Positions 48,160-57,777 of a stretch of 64,000 bases of DNA are shown in pieces. A program made the translations under genes and the position numbers. Each line of letters starts with the position of its first letter. The first letter of the stretch is position 1. The notes below the pieces were generated by a model. The model had not been told where the DNA came from. It searched no databases and saw only the letters and a program-made list of their open reading frames with translations. The stretch is from an uncultured virus (IMG/VR IMGVR_UViG_3300029705_005139). Lineage: Duplodnaviria > Heunggongvirae > Uroviricota > Caudoviricetes. The stretch lies in the IMG/VR virus record IMGVR_UViG_3300029705_005139. The stretch is one strand, 5' to 3'.

Positions 48160-48938
48160 ACCAGACCCCACTCAGCGAACTTCTCAAATCCACCGATAGA
48201 ATGGATGAAGCCCCTCGCCGTTTCTACGATTTCTTCGTAGGGAATACCGTCGATGAATTCATCACCGATGGCGCAGCTCAGTTCCACAGGCTGTCCGGTT
48301 TCCTGGGCCTTGAGAAACGCATAGATATTGACACTGACATCTGCTTTGCTGAGGTCCTTACCGTGGAGACCACCGCCGGTAACGGAATCACCCATATCGC
48401 TGCCCAGCTTTCGGTTGGTAGCACCGGTGTCCACATCCGTGCCGCCGGTCCAGGCACCCAGGGGATTGATTTCCGCAAAGGGATATGTTTTGCGGATTGC
48501 CTCTGCCTCTGCGTTGCTCTGACAGATAACAAGCCGGTTTCCGTCCATGATGTACTTACCATCATAGGGATACCGGCTGTAAATATCGTAGGCGAAGCTG
48601 CACAGCATATGCTGCTCCCGGGTCATGGGCATACCCTTGAAGATGCCGTTGTCGCCGCAGCGGACGGTTTCTTCCTGATTGCGGGCCAGATGCCTGTCCT
48701 GAGGAACGATAACCACATTGGGACGGACATTGCCGGCAATGCGATGAATGGCATCCTTGATTTTCCGCAGATTCAAAACGGCGGAGGTTTCGATGATGGC
48801 ATGGCAAACACCATGACCGATCAGCACCTCCACGGCGATTTTGGGATCGATTTGGGTTTCGTAGGCGATGTCCACGATAGCACCGGCAATACGGTCTGCC
48901 AGCTTATCAGGATGCGCCGGGTTTACTTTTTCAAACAT
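48153..48938 (-). CDS. Compact S-adenosylmethionine synthetase homologue
   Basis: HPDKLADRIA, GDNG, INP.G...GG...DTG.T.RK, GGG..GKD.SK.D.S; only 261 aa. Confidence 0.85.
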   Translation of the reverse strand: MFEKVNPAHPDKLADRIAGAIVDIAYETQIDPKIAVEVLIGHGVCHAIIETSAVLNLRKIKDAIHRIAGNVRPNVVIVPQDRHLARNQEETVRCGDNGIFKGMPMTREQHMLCSFAYDIYSRYPYDGKYIMDGNRLVICQSNAEAEAIRKTYPFAEINPLGAWTGGTDVDTGATNRKLGSDMGDSVTGGGLHGKDLSKADVSVNIYAFLKAQETGQPVELSCAIGDEFIDGIPYEEIVETARGFIHSIGGFEKFAEWGLVW

Positions 48939-48942
48939 GAAA

Positions 48943-49482
48943 TCATCCTTTCCTTGCACGGAGCAGCCGCTCCATGACATCATCTTCGGGACTGGCCCCA
49001 GTGTAATCGCCGGTACAGTTCTCCCGGACGATCTGGAAAATCTCAGACCACAGTCGGTTTGCCTGGGTCATGTACTGATTGGCAATGGAAACATAGGGAG
49101 ACTGGATCGCTGCCCCGGTAGTGGGATGCTTTGCTAGGAAACCAACTTCACTGGTAATGGACTCACACTGAATCCATCTTGCACTGGCCAGAGCATACCG
49201 TTCAATCAGGTCCGGAGAGACGATGGCGGCACACCCACGGTCACGCAGCCATTTCCACACATTTTCATAAATCTCTGCAGCACAGAGCGTGGAGCCGTCT
49301 TTCTGTCTGGCAGAAAGGAACTCCTTGGGTTGGGGCATATCCTGACCTTCCAGGTCAGCCACGCTGTCTTTGAAATCAATGACAGTCAGCGGACGCTTGC
49401 CGGGATTGCCGTCCGTAATTTTATCTGCGATGGCTTTTTTCGGTCTGCCACCGGAGCCGGGTTTGGGTCCTCTTTGGCCCAT
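48943..49482 (-). CDS. Terminase small subunit (P27 family)
   Basis: GGRPKK, GNPGKR, RW.Q.E...GF...HPTTG....SPY. Confidence 0.9.
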   Translation of the reverse strand: MGQRGPKPGSGGRPKKAIADKITDGNPGKRPLTVIDFKDSVADLEGQDMPQPKEFLSARQKDGSTLCAAEIYENVWKWLRDRGCAAIVSPDLIERYALASARWIQCESITSEVGFLAKHPTTGAAIQSPYVSIANQYMTQANRLWSEIFQIVRENCTGDYTGASPEDDVMERLLRARKG

Positions 49483-49489
49483 GGTTCGA

Positions 49490-49600
49490 TACCTCCTTTG
49501 TCAGGGGCCTATTCCCCTTAAAACTTTTGCGATTTTTCACACGAAGCCCCGGGCCGCTGCCCCAGGTTTTTCATTCCGGAGATCTGACCCGCCCCTGGGT
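49490..49600. other. Probable cos/packaging region
   Basis: GC-rich intergenic stretch between HNH and terS, where cos lies in HK97-like phages; exact cut site not determined. Confidence 0.5.
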
Positions 49601-49601
49601 G

Positions 49602-49949
49602 TCAGCGGTCACCAATTTCATGATGAATCTTGTTGTGACAAGAACGGCATAAAGACATGAGATTGTCCCTTGCGTGGGTGCCACCCTTGGAAACAGGCAC
49701 CTTGTGGTGGACTTCTTCCATGGGAACGAGTCGCCCTTCTTCCAGGCACCGTTCACAAAGAGGATGTTGGGCGGCATGGCGATCCCGGATGCGTTTCCAT
49801 GCCCGACCATACTTCTTGTTGATATCCGGGGCGCGTTCGTATTTGTTGTACTGCCGCCGTGCAACAGCAGCATGGTCCTCACAATACTGTCCATCTGTCA
49901 GCTTGGGACAGCCGGGATAGGAGCAGGGTCGTTTTGGCCTTTTGGGCAT
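49602..49949 (-). CDS. Terminase-associated HNH endonuclease
   Basis: PLCERC...EVHH..P...GG....NLMSLC.SCH..IH. Confidence 0.93.
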   Translation of the reverse strand: MPKRPKRPCSYPGCPKLTDGQYCEDHAAVARRQYNKYERAPDINKKYGRAWKRIRDRHAAQHPLCERCLEEGRLVPMEEVHHKVPVSKGGTHARDNLMSLCRSCHNKIHHEIGDR

Positions 49950-49954
49950 TGAAT

Positions 49955-50038
49955 TCACCTCCTGTGGAGCAGCCGCCTAATCATGTGCTTGAAGATGTAC
50001 CAGAGCTGCTCCATGTAGCCAACCTTTCGGTAGCCCAT
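49955..50038 (-). CDS. 27-aa peptide
   Basis: RBS GGAGGTG; MGYRKVGYMEQLWYIFKHMIRRLLHRR. Confidence 0.55.
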   Translation of the reverse strand: MGYRKVGYMEQLWYIFKHMIRRLLHRR

Positions 50039-50269
50039 ATGCAACACCTCCGTCAGGGCATAAGAAAAGCCCCGTGGAATTTCTCCCACGAGGCTCTCTT
50101 GATGTTCTTGGCGATTATAATAATACCATAGGACTATACTGAAAAACAATGAATTTTACTGCACCGATTATGCAAATAAAACCTATATTAGCAAAGAACT
50201 AACCACATAAAATGATTGACTTTTTTCGACATTAGCACTACCATATATGTAATGATTAAGCAAAGAAAG

Positions 50270-51244
50270 GTGGTGTCTTTTCTGGAAAAAAGATTCATCG
50301 GTGAAATAATCCCGGCAGGTAATGCTCATGCTACACTTCCACCGAAGCTCTCCATACCGCAGCAAATTGAACACATGAAACGGAAGGGTATTGCTTTCGA
50401 TCTTTACAAAGAAACTGCTGCGCGTACATTCCTTGCCGAGCACAACTACTATTTCAAGTTGAAGGCGTATGCCCATAACTTTGACAGATATAAGGACCCA
50501 GAAAAGGACAACCGCTATATTAACTTGGATTTTGCCCATCTGGTGGATCTTTCAAAAATCGATGCGGAATTCAGAAAAATCATTCTGAATATGTGCTTGG
50601 ATTTGGAGCATTATTTAAAAGTACGGATGCTCAACCACTGCACAATGGTCGATGAAGATGGGTATGCTATTGTCAGAAAACTTTTTGCCATGCAACCTGA
50701 TTTGAAGGACGAGATTGAAAAGAAGGTTAATACCTCTACCTGCCATCAGATCATTGCAAAGCGAAAGGATGCATGGGCCATCTGGAGCATCGTGGAACTC
50801 ATCTCTTTCGGTCCCTTCATTGATCTGTATAATCTGTTTTATTCAGAAAACAAGTTTGATGATGATTGCCGTGGTTATCTGTACGCAATTAAAATGATCC
50901 GCAACGCAGCAGCTCACAACAACTGTTTGCTGAACCAAATGCGGGCTCCTTATTCCCGATCCATCAATCCTTCCTATGAGCTTAGAAATGCAATCAACAA
51001 AATTTCCAGCTACAAGGCGGATAAAGTGGCGCAGCAGTTGCAAAATCCAACTACGCACGATTTTCTAGCACTGTTACTTGTATATTGCAAAATTGTACCG
51101 GAATCCTCCCGTAAAAAGGGTCTTGATACGGCGAAAGCACTGTTCAACGAGAGAATCCTGGAAAACAAGGAGTATTACGCAAAGCAGCAAGGTCTAATTA
51201 GCACTTATCGCTTCGTAGCGGAGATCCTGAACAAACTATCCTAA
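50270..51244 (+). CDS. Abi_2 (AbiD/AbiF) family HEPN abortive-infection protein
   Basis: QI..M..KG, NYYFKLKAY, DF..L.DL..ID..FR, LE..LK, HEPN RNAAAH. The listed TTG at 50216 is the -35 box (TTGACT-17-TACCAT), so the true start is GTG 50270/50273 or CTG 50282. Confidence 0.9.
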   Translation: MVSFLEKRFIGEIIPAGNAHATLPPKLSIPQQIEHMKRKGIAFDLYKETAARTFLAEHNYYFKLKAYAHNFDRYKDPEKDNRYINLDFAHLVDLSKIDAEFRKIILNMCLDLEHYLKVRMLNHCTMVDEDGYAIVRKLFAMQPDLKDEIEKKVNTSTCHQIIAKRKDAWAIWSIVELISFGPFIDLYNLFYSENKFDDDCRGYLYAIKMIRNAAAHNNCLLNQMRAPYSRSINPSYELRNAINKISSYKADKVAQQLQNPTTHDFLALLLVYCKIVPESSRKKGLDTAKALFNERILENKEYYAKQQGLISTYRFVAEILNKLS

Positions 51245-51253
51245 AATTGGGGG

Positions 51254-51282
51254 TTGACTTTTCGGGTCCGCGCGCATATACT
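51254..51282 (+). promoter_or_regulatory. Sigma-A promoter immediately downstream of abi
   Basis: TTGACT(51254)-17-TATACT(51277). Confidence 0.8.
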
Positions 51283-51288
51283 ATTAAC

Positions 51289-51350
51289 GTAGAACAAAAA
51301 TCACTTCGTGGTTTTATTGGAACCGGTGCCTGTCTCCGGTTCCTTTTTTT
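51289..51350 (+). ncRNA. Candidate AbiF-associated small RNA (antitoxin)
   Basis: Promoter, hairpin AAAAUCAC-UUC-GUGGUUUU, then GGAACCGG/CCGGUUCC-U7 terminator; no ORF or RBS. Confidence 0.65.
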
Positions 51351-51480
51351 GCAAAAAATGTAATATAAATTGGGATATGTATTTGCGGATGCATACTTAG
51401 GGAGCCGGAGAAGTTCGGCTCCTCTTTTCATTTATATGCAGCAACGGGCACTCCCTGCTAGAAGGCGTGCCCGTTTAGCG

Positions 51481-51888
51481 TTATTGAGGTATGACAATTG
51501 CTGCGATGGCACTATCATGTAGCTTATAAATATTGCGTGTGCTATACTGCATATCCACAGCAATCTGTTCCCAAGTCTTGAAGCATAAATACCGCAATTC
51601 CAGTAACGTTTGAAATTCCGGATTTTTTACTGCCTTGATTACCGCAACCATCTCTCGCTTGAGATCTACCAACTGATCAATATCCGCATTGATCTCATTT
51701 TCCAGATCCACAATTTTTACGATGATGTCCTGCATCTTATGAACATTGGGACTGGAACTACCGGGCATACCACTCATGGTAGCGGTGGCCTTCTTGGTAA
51801 GGTCACGCAGGGAAAGAACCTGCTCCAGCTTGCTGTTAATCCGCTGATCCAACCGATACGCCTGTCCTAAGTATTCTTTAGCCGTCAT
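51481..51888 (-). CDS. RinA/ArpU-like late transcription activator (DUF1492-type)
   Basis: MTAKEYL.Q...D.RI, LELRY....WE.IA..M.YS.R....H. Confidence 0.88.
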   Translation of the reverse strand: MTAKEYLGQAYRLDQRINSKLEQVLSLRDLTKKATATMSGMPGSSSPNVHKMQDIIVKIVDLENEINADIDQLVDLKREMVAVIKAVKNPEFQTLLELRYLCFKTWEQIAVDMQYSTRNIYKLHDSAIAAIVIPQ

Positions 51889-52093
51889 TGGATACCTCTC
51901 TTTCTGAAAGACGAATTCCTGTAGCGTACTGATTTCTATGTGCAGTCAGCTTGCGAATCTGTGCATTCCGCTTCCGCTGCGCCTTCCGGCGATCGCTTCT
52001 CTTTTTCCGGTTTTCGCGTTCCAGCTTGGCGAAGACGGTACCAGCGGTGGGGTCATAATAACCCTCGTGATTTCTGTAATAACCATATCCCAT
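51878..52093 (-). CDS. Small phage protein
   Basis: RN.EGY.DPTA motif; RBS GGAGGAG. Confidence 0.75.
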   Translation of the reverse strand: MGYGYYRNHEGYYDPTAGTVFAKLERENRKKRSDRRKAQRKRNAQIRKLTAHRNQYATGIRLSEREVSNDG

Positions 52094-52094
52094 T

Positions 52095-52496
52095 TTAATT
52101 CTCCTCCAATTTCTCAATTTCGATGTAAATGCCACAGGGCTCGTCCGACCAACGCTTTTCAATAATCTCCCGGGCAACCTGGGCATCATCCTTCCAGTAG
52201 CCGGTTTTGGTCATGCAGTCCTTCAGCATTTTCTGTAGGTTGTCTGTATCCGGGCGGGTGCAACGCCAGTCTCCGTTGCGATGGCTCTTTCCTCTGGGGA
52301 ACAGCCACAGCGTTCTTAAGGATACCGGCCCTTCGTAGGATTGCATCGGTCTGTTGATGGACAGATACGCTGACAGCTTTGCTTTTGCCTCCTTCACTGC
52401 AGGGGGATCGTAGAAGATGGGCTTGTTTTTATAAATCCGCACCTTCCGCTCCTGGGCAGTGGCGGTGGGCGGTGTCATTGCGATAAAGAAATTCAT
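52095..52496 (-). CDS. rusA: RusA-family Holliday junction resolvase
   Basis: RPDTDNL.K..KD......WKDDAQV. Confidence 0.92.
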   Translation of the reverse strand: MNFFIAMTPPTATAQERKVRIYKNKPIFYDPPAVKEAKAKLSAYLSINRPMQSYEGPVSLRTLWLFPRGKSHRNGDWRCTRPDTDNLQKMLKDCMTKTGYWKDDAQVAREIIEKRWSDEPCGIYIEIEKLEEN

Positions 52497-52649
52497 ACTG
52501 TACCTCCAGTTGAGAAAACCTTTTATGTTATCGTTTCGCAGTGGGGAAAGGCTAGGCTATCAGCCTTTCCCACACGCGTGAACGATAGAGAACGAAAGTT
52601 ATCTATATATAATGCAGATTTCCGTTTCCGGAAGGAAAACTGGAAAAAA

Positions 52650-54656
52650 TCAGTTTTCCGTCAAATCAGCATCATCGACCCTTCCAACGGTACCCTGACG
52701 GCACCAGAAAACGTCCTTCATTTCCTTCAAACGATCTCGGATACACCGTTCTGACTTACCCAAATAGCTTGCCATCGCGGCCACTGTTACAGGCTGTTCA
52801 ATGGAACAGGCCTGGAATGCGGTCTCAATGGATTCCCGACGCTCATCAAAACTGGTATTCTTTTTGTTCTTTGCCCTGACAGCATCAAAGCTACCTTCCG
52901 TGAAAGCGCGCTCCAATTCTCCGCTGGTATCCACTCGGTGAATGGGATATTCGAACCAGAAGTTGACTGGACGGATATTCTCAAATTCTCTGAGATTGGA
53001 CTCCAACCGCCATGCCGTTGCGTTACCGTCTCGGAGCATGGTTTCCTGACTTTCGGACAACATCAGAGGTGTCATATCCAACTGGGCATCCGGGTCACGG
53101 GCAAACACACCGCTGCCGCTGGCACGATCCATGGCCTTCTTGTTGCCCTGGGTGCCTTTGGAATGGTGATGACAGTAAATGGTGGCACAGCCGGTCTCGG
53201 TACAGATCTTATCGAACTGGTTGCAGAACATGGCCATATCCGATGCGTTATTCTCGTCGCCGGTAATCACCTTATAGATGGGGTCCACGATGATGGCATC
53301 GAAGTGCTGATCCCTGACTCTGCGAATTAGCTTCGGGACCAATTTGTCCAGAGGCACCGCATGACCTCGGAGATTCCAGACCACAATGTTGTCCATGTTC
53401 TTCCTGGGCAGCTTCAGAGCATCATAAATTTTCATGAACCGCATAATGCAGGAAGCAGGATCAATTTCCAGATTCACATACAGCACACGTCCCTTTTTAC
53501 AAGGGAATCCCAGCCAGGGCTTGCCCTCCGCGATAGCGATGCTCAGTTCCATAAGAGCAAAACTCTTACCGGCCTTGGAGGGTCCAGAAATCAGCATCTT
53601 GTGGCCGCAGCGAAGGATGCCCTTAATCAGTTCCTCCGGAAGTGCGGGGGGATTATCCTTGTAACTGTCCAGAGAAACCATGTCCGGCAACTCGTCGGTG
53701 ACACCCTCGGCAAAGTCCAGCCAGTCCACCCAGCTCTTTCTGCCTATATTGGTAGCCACCAAATACTGCCGGTTGCTGTTTCGGGTCACACCGGGCATTC
53801 TGGAAAGCCGGGAAGGGTTACGATTCTGCTTGTCCACGTGGACACCGTTTTTTTGTAGGAAATCATAGAGGAATTCCACGCGCTTGCGGTATTCCGTATA
53901 ATCCGGAGCGTCCACTTTGACAATGGCATGGAGGCTCTTGCCGCCGGAGTGCACCAGGCAGGCAATGGGAAGTTCCAGTTTCCGATACATGGCATCCTGA
54001 TCGGCAACTGGCATACTGTCGGATTCCACCAGGGCATATTTGAACTGGGTCACATTGTCATTACGGACACCTTCGCCGTCCAGAGCATTGAATCTGATCC
54101 ATGCGCCCACATCTTTTTTCCAGTCGCCGATGGTTGCACCCAGGTCATCCGGATGTTTCCGGATAGATGCAATCAGTTCCCCGGCAGTCCGGGAGAATAC
54201 ACCCTTGGCAGGAACCCATCTGCCTTCCGAATCCTGCCAGACATCGTTGGTCACATAACCGACAACATCGTCCTTGTCGAACAGGGTTTCGAGATAGGTA
54301 ATCAGTTCCTCTGCAGGATTCCAATTCTCCGGGGCGGCATACTGTGTGAAGTTATCGCCGTCATCCATGATCACATCGTTCCAGTCCATGGCAGATGCAG
54401 GACCGGTAGGTGTCCAACCGTAGTCCTTTGCCATCTGCACGATGGTCGCCCCGGTAATGGGAGAGGTGCTGCCACGGAAGGTACTCCATTTCCGCTCACA
54501 TTCACCCGCATGGTAGCGGCTGTCTGCCCGGCTCCAGTCATCCCAGACCTCCCAACCGTAGCCTTCCGCTTTCAGGGCCATGCCTACATTGATCCATTCC
54601 TGGTACGATACCGCACCAGGGTTGATCTGCTTCAGCGCAGATAAAATGTTGCTCAT
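52650..54656 (-). CDS. Primase-helicase (PriCT-2 plus AAA_25)
   Basis: W..VGMALK...WS, SGGKSLHA, RLSRMPG, GPSKAGKS, IIVDPIY. Confidence 0.9.
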   Translation of the reverse strand: MSNILSALKQINPGAVSYQEWINVGMALKAEGYGWEVWDDWSRADSRYHAGECERKWSTFRGSTSPITGATIVQMAKDYGWTPTGPASAMDWNDVIMDDGDNFTQYAAPENWNPAEELITYLETLFDKDDVVGYVTNDVWQDSEGRWVPAKGVFSRTAGELIASIRKHPDDLGATIGDWKKDVGAWIRFNALDGEGVRNDNVTQFKYALVESDSMPVADQDAMYRKLELPIACLVHSGGKSLHAIVKVDAPDYTEYRKRVEFLYDFLQKNGVHVDKQNRNPSRLSRMPGVTRNSNRQYLVATNIGRKSWVDWLDFAEGVTDELPDMVSLDSYKDNPPALPEELIKGILRCGHKMLISGPSKAGKSFALMELSIAIAEGKPWLGFPCKKGRVLYVNLEIDPASCIMRFMKIYDALKLPRKNMDNIVVWNLRGHAVPLDKLVPKLIRRVRDQHFDAIIVDPIYKVITGDENNASDMAMFCNQFDKICTETGCATIYCHHHSKGTQGNKKAMDRASGSGVFARDPDAQLDMTPLMLSESQETMLRDGNATAWRLESNLREFENIRPVNFWFEYPIHRVDTSGELERAFTEGSFDAVRAKNKKNTSFDERRESIETAFQACSIEQPVTVAAMASYLGKSERCIRDRLKEMKDVFWCRQGTVGRVDDADLTEN

Positions 54657-54670
54657 AATTTAACCTCCGA

Positions 54671-56251
54671 TTATGGTTGATATTTAGAAGGCGTGATGCC
54701 CATGGGTATCCGCCAGTTATTCATGGACAGCCGGGAAATCATTTTTCTGGCATCATCGAACTGCCAGGTGCCGACCTGACGGAATCCGTATCGTTCCAGA
54801 CAGCGAATCTGCTTCGGTGTAGCCAGCCCCAGGTTTTGTCTCTGCTTCAAGCGGTCAATGAGAAGGCTTGCTTTGCCCATGTTCTCTACGGACTCTGCGA
54901 AGATGCCCCGTTTTTCCAGGAAAGCAAGTTGCTTTTCTGAAGGTGGTGCCATCTCCCAAGCAAAGGTGGGAACATATCCCACAAGATCCTCCGCGGCAAT
55001 GGAAACAGCGTACTGCAGTGGATCTACCAGCTTGCGTTTCCGCATCCGCATTTCTGCCAGTTCCCGGGCAAGTGCCTCTTCACGCTCTGTCAGAACATCC
55101 TTTTCTGCTTCTTCCTCGGCTTCCAGAAGATCGATGCCGTCTTCTTCATCGCTCATCCGCTGATCGATCATCTGAGCGATGACCGCATCTTTGGAAATAA
55201 GCGCAGAGGGCCGGCACAAATCATGCCGTTGGGACAACCAGAGGAAATCCAACAGTAGCAGGTGATCCTTTCCGGGATACAGCCGCATTCCACGGCCTAC
55301 CATCTGCTGATAGAGACTCCGGATTTTGGTAGGCCGCAGCACCACCACACAGTCCACGGAGGGACAGTCCCACCCTTCCGTCAGCAGCATGGAATTGCAG
55401 AGAACATCATATTTTCCGGATTCAAAGTCCGATAGAATCTGCTCCCGGTCTGAACTGTTGCCGTTGACCTCGGCGGCACGGAATCCCACCGTTTCCAGAA
55501 TGTCCCGGAACTTCTGGGAGATATGAACCAGGGGCAGGAACACAACCGTTTTCCGATTCTGGCAGTAATGCAGCATTTCCTGTGCGATTTGATGTAAGTA
55601 AGGCTCCAGAGCATTTCCGATTTCTCCGGAACTGAAGTCGCCGTTGCTGATCTTCACTCCGGAAATATCCAGTTCCAGGGGAATCATCTGTGCCTTTATG
55701 GGGCACAGGTACTTCTCACGGATGGCCTGGCCCATGCTGTATTCGAAAGCCTTACTGTCAAAATACTGGCCCAGATTCTTCATGTCGCCGCGATCCGGGG
55801 TGGCGGTAACTCCCAGCACATTGGCATTGGGAAAATGCTCCAGCACACGCTGGTAGCTGTCCGACAGGCAATGGTGGGCCTCATCCACCACGATGTCGGT
55901 AAAATAATCATTGGGAAATCTAGCAAGACGGAGCGGCTGCGCCATGGTCTGAACGGAACCCACGGTGATCTTGTGGTTACTGTTCAAACTGGTACTTTCT
56001 GCTTTTTCCAGTCCGCAGGGCAGCCCGGTAACTGCCAGCAGTTTGTTCGCCGCCTGTGTCAGCAGTTCACCTCGATGGGCGAGAATCAGTGCCTTGCCAC
56101 CGCGGGCCACACGGTGGCCTACGATGGAAGAAAATACTACGGTCTTACCGGTGCCGGTGGGAAGCACCAGAAGGGTCTTCCGGTGCCCTTTGTCCCACTC
56201 GGCAATGACCGCATCTCTCGCCTGGGCCTGATACGGTCTCAGGTTCATCAT
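54671..56251 (-). CDS. Superfamily 2 DEAH helicase
   Basis: LRPYQ, PTGTGKT, DEAH, TATP, QMVGRG.R. Confidence 0.95.
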   Translation of the reverse strand: MMNLRPYQAQARDAVIAEWDKGHRKTLLVLPTGTGKTVVFSSIVGHRVARGGKALILAHRGELLTQAANKLLAVTGLPCGLEKAESTSLNSNHKITVGSVQTMAQPLRLARFPNDYFTDIVVDEAHHCLSDSYQRVLEHFPNANVLGVTATPDRGDMKNLGQYFDSKAFEYSMGQAIREKYLCPIKAQMIPLELDISGVKISNGDFSSGEIGNALEPYLHQIAQEMLHYCQNRKTVVFLPLVHISQKFRDILETVGFRAAEVNGNSSDREQILSDFESGKYDVLCNSMLLTEGWDCPSVDCVVVLRPTKIRSLYQQMVGRGMRLYPGKDHLLLLDFLWLSQRHDLCRPSALISKDAVIAQMIDQRMSDEEDGIDLLEAEEEAEKDVLTEREEALARELAEMRMRKRKLVDPLQYAVSIAAEDLVGYVPTFAWEMAPPSEKQLAFLEKRGIFAESVENMGKASLLIDRLKQRQNLGLATPKQIRCLERYGFRQVGTWQFDDARKMISRLSMNNWRIPMGITPSKYQP

Positions 56252-56763
56252 CAGAAGCCGCTCTGCTCCCAGGCCTGAGGCTGGGCCTTTTCAGCTTCTG
56301 CCACCCATGCAGGAGTCTGCTCCTCGGGGAAGAAGGCAGGATTGTAATCGCAAAACGTGTCTACACTGTTGGCCATTTTCTGCTCACCATCCTTATTGGT
56401 GTAGGGACGGGGCTTGAAATGGGCACGCCCCTTGGAGCCGACCACCTTGTTCCAGTTCATGACCAGCCGTTCGCCGTGTTTCTTCTGACCGATGCAGCGG
56501 AAGAATTCGGAGAGACGGAACTCCAGTGTGCGGCAGAGGATGAGATCGTGCTTGACTGTAGCGGTTCCCTCACGGGTATCCACTTCCAGAGTCAGGATTG
56601 CCTTATTACAGGCGGGCAGCTTGGCACTGCCGGGGAAATGGCCGCGTTCAAAATCACGCACCACGAAGTTGTAGTCGCCTTCCTCCAGGATGACATATTC
56701 CATGCCGTCATCGACGATGGCATCATCCCAGTCCATGACCAGGTTGTTGTTATAGTTGCTCAT
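56251..56763 (-). CDS. Single-stranded DNA-binding protein (DUF669-like)
   Basis: L.EGDY.F.V...E; position after the AAA gene. Confidence 0.7.
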   Translation of the reverse strand: MSNYNNNLVMDWDDAIVDDGMEYVILEEGDYNFVVRDFERGHFPGSAKLPACNKAILTLEVDTREGTATVKHDLILCRTLEFRLSEFFRCIGQKKHGERLVMNWNKVVGSKGRAHFKPRPYTNKDGEQKMANSVDTFCDYNPAFFPEEQTPAWVAEAEKAQPQAWEQSGF

Positions 56764-56781
56764 ATAGTTACCTCCTAATTT

Positions 56782-57765
56782 TTAGAACGGAAGCCGATCC
56801 GGGTTGGCTTCAATGGTTTCTACGATTTTCTGGAAATGGGGAATGATCCATCCAGTGATAAAGGCCTCGGGATATTCCTCCATGGGCATTCCAGTGGGGA
56901 AATGGCCCTTGCTACCGACAATCTCCTGGATTTCAATGGCAGAAATCTGCGCTTCCATCATCATGTCCTTCAGCACCTCCAGAGGAGGGCGGACGGAAGG
57001 CTGTGTGGGTACCGGTTCTGCGGCAGGAGCCGGAGTATTCGACATCGCCGGTGTGCCTCCAAACAGATGAGACAGGTTGGCATAGTCCAAATCCAGAGTA
57101 GGTGCCAGACCGTGACGGTTCTTGGCATCCCAGCAGGGATGGTGACTGGTATGGATGACCCGCTTGCCGCCCTGGGCCTTACTGACCTTGCTTTCGGTGG
57201 TGATTACATAGGTCTGGTAATTGAGGAACAGCAACATATCGCACCATTCCTTGAACAGAGGGGCCACCTGCTTGGACAGTTTCATTTCCCAGCGGTCATA
57301 AGCCCCCATCTCATCCGGCTGCTCAAATTTCCGCATCTTGGCATGGGCAGTGACCACCACATGAATCCCGGCCGCAATGATGGCATCCAGAGCGGTGAAG
57401 AATTCCGCGAACTCTTCTGCCAGATAGGTGTAGCCCTTGCCGTAGCCGAAGTCCTCAATGCCGCTCTTTTTGAACTTGGAGCAGATGTGACTGACAGCCA
57501 ACTGCTCTGCCCAGTCTGCGGTATCGATGACCAAGGAACCGCAAATCCCGGGAGTAGTAGCGATTTCCTTCAGGATGGAAATCAGCTGCGTCCAGTTGCT
57601 GGGACGCTCGATCCGGCGGACATCCATATGGGAAGTGCCGCCTTCCGTATCGATGAACAGAGGATTGGGGAACTGTGCCGCCAGGGTGCTTTTGCCGATA
57701 CCCTCGGAGCCATACAGCACTACTTTCTGGGCGCGGCAGATTTTTCCGTTTGTAATTTTCAGCAT
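56782..57765 (-). CDS. AAA_24/Sak4-like ATPase
   Basis: YGSEGIGKST, DTEGG, IDTADW, AKNR. Confidence 0.88.
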   Translation of the reverse strand: MLKITNGKICRAQKVVLYGSEGIGKSTLAAQFPNPLFIDTEGGTSHMDVRRIERPSNWTQLISILKEIATTPGICGSLVIDTADWAEQLAVSHICSKFKKSGIEDFGYGKGYTYLAEEFAEFFTALDAIIAAGIHVVVTAHAKMRKFEQPDEMGAYDRWEMKLSKQVAPLFKEWCDMLLFLNYQTYVITTESKVSKAQGGKRVIHTSHHPCWDAKNRHGLAPTLDLDYANLSHLFGGTPAMSNTPAPAAEPVPTQPSVRPPLEVLKDMMMEAQISAIEIQEIVGSKGHFPTGMPMEEYPEAFITGWIIPHFQKIVETIEANPDRLPF

Positions 57766-57777
57766 GGGACTACCTCC

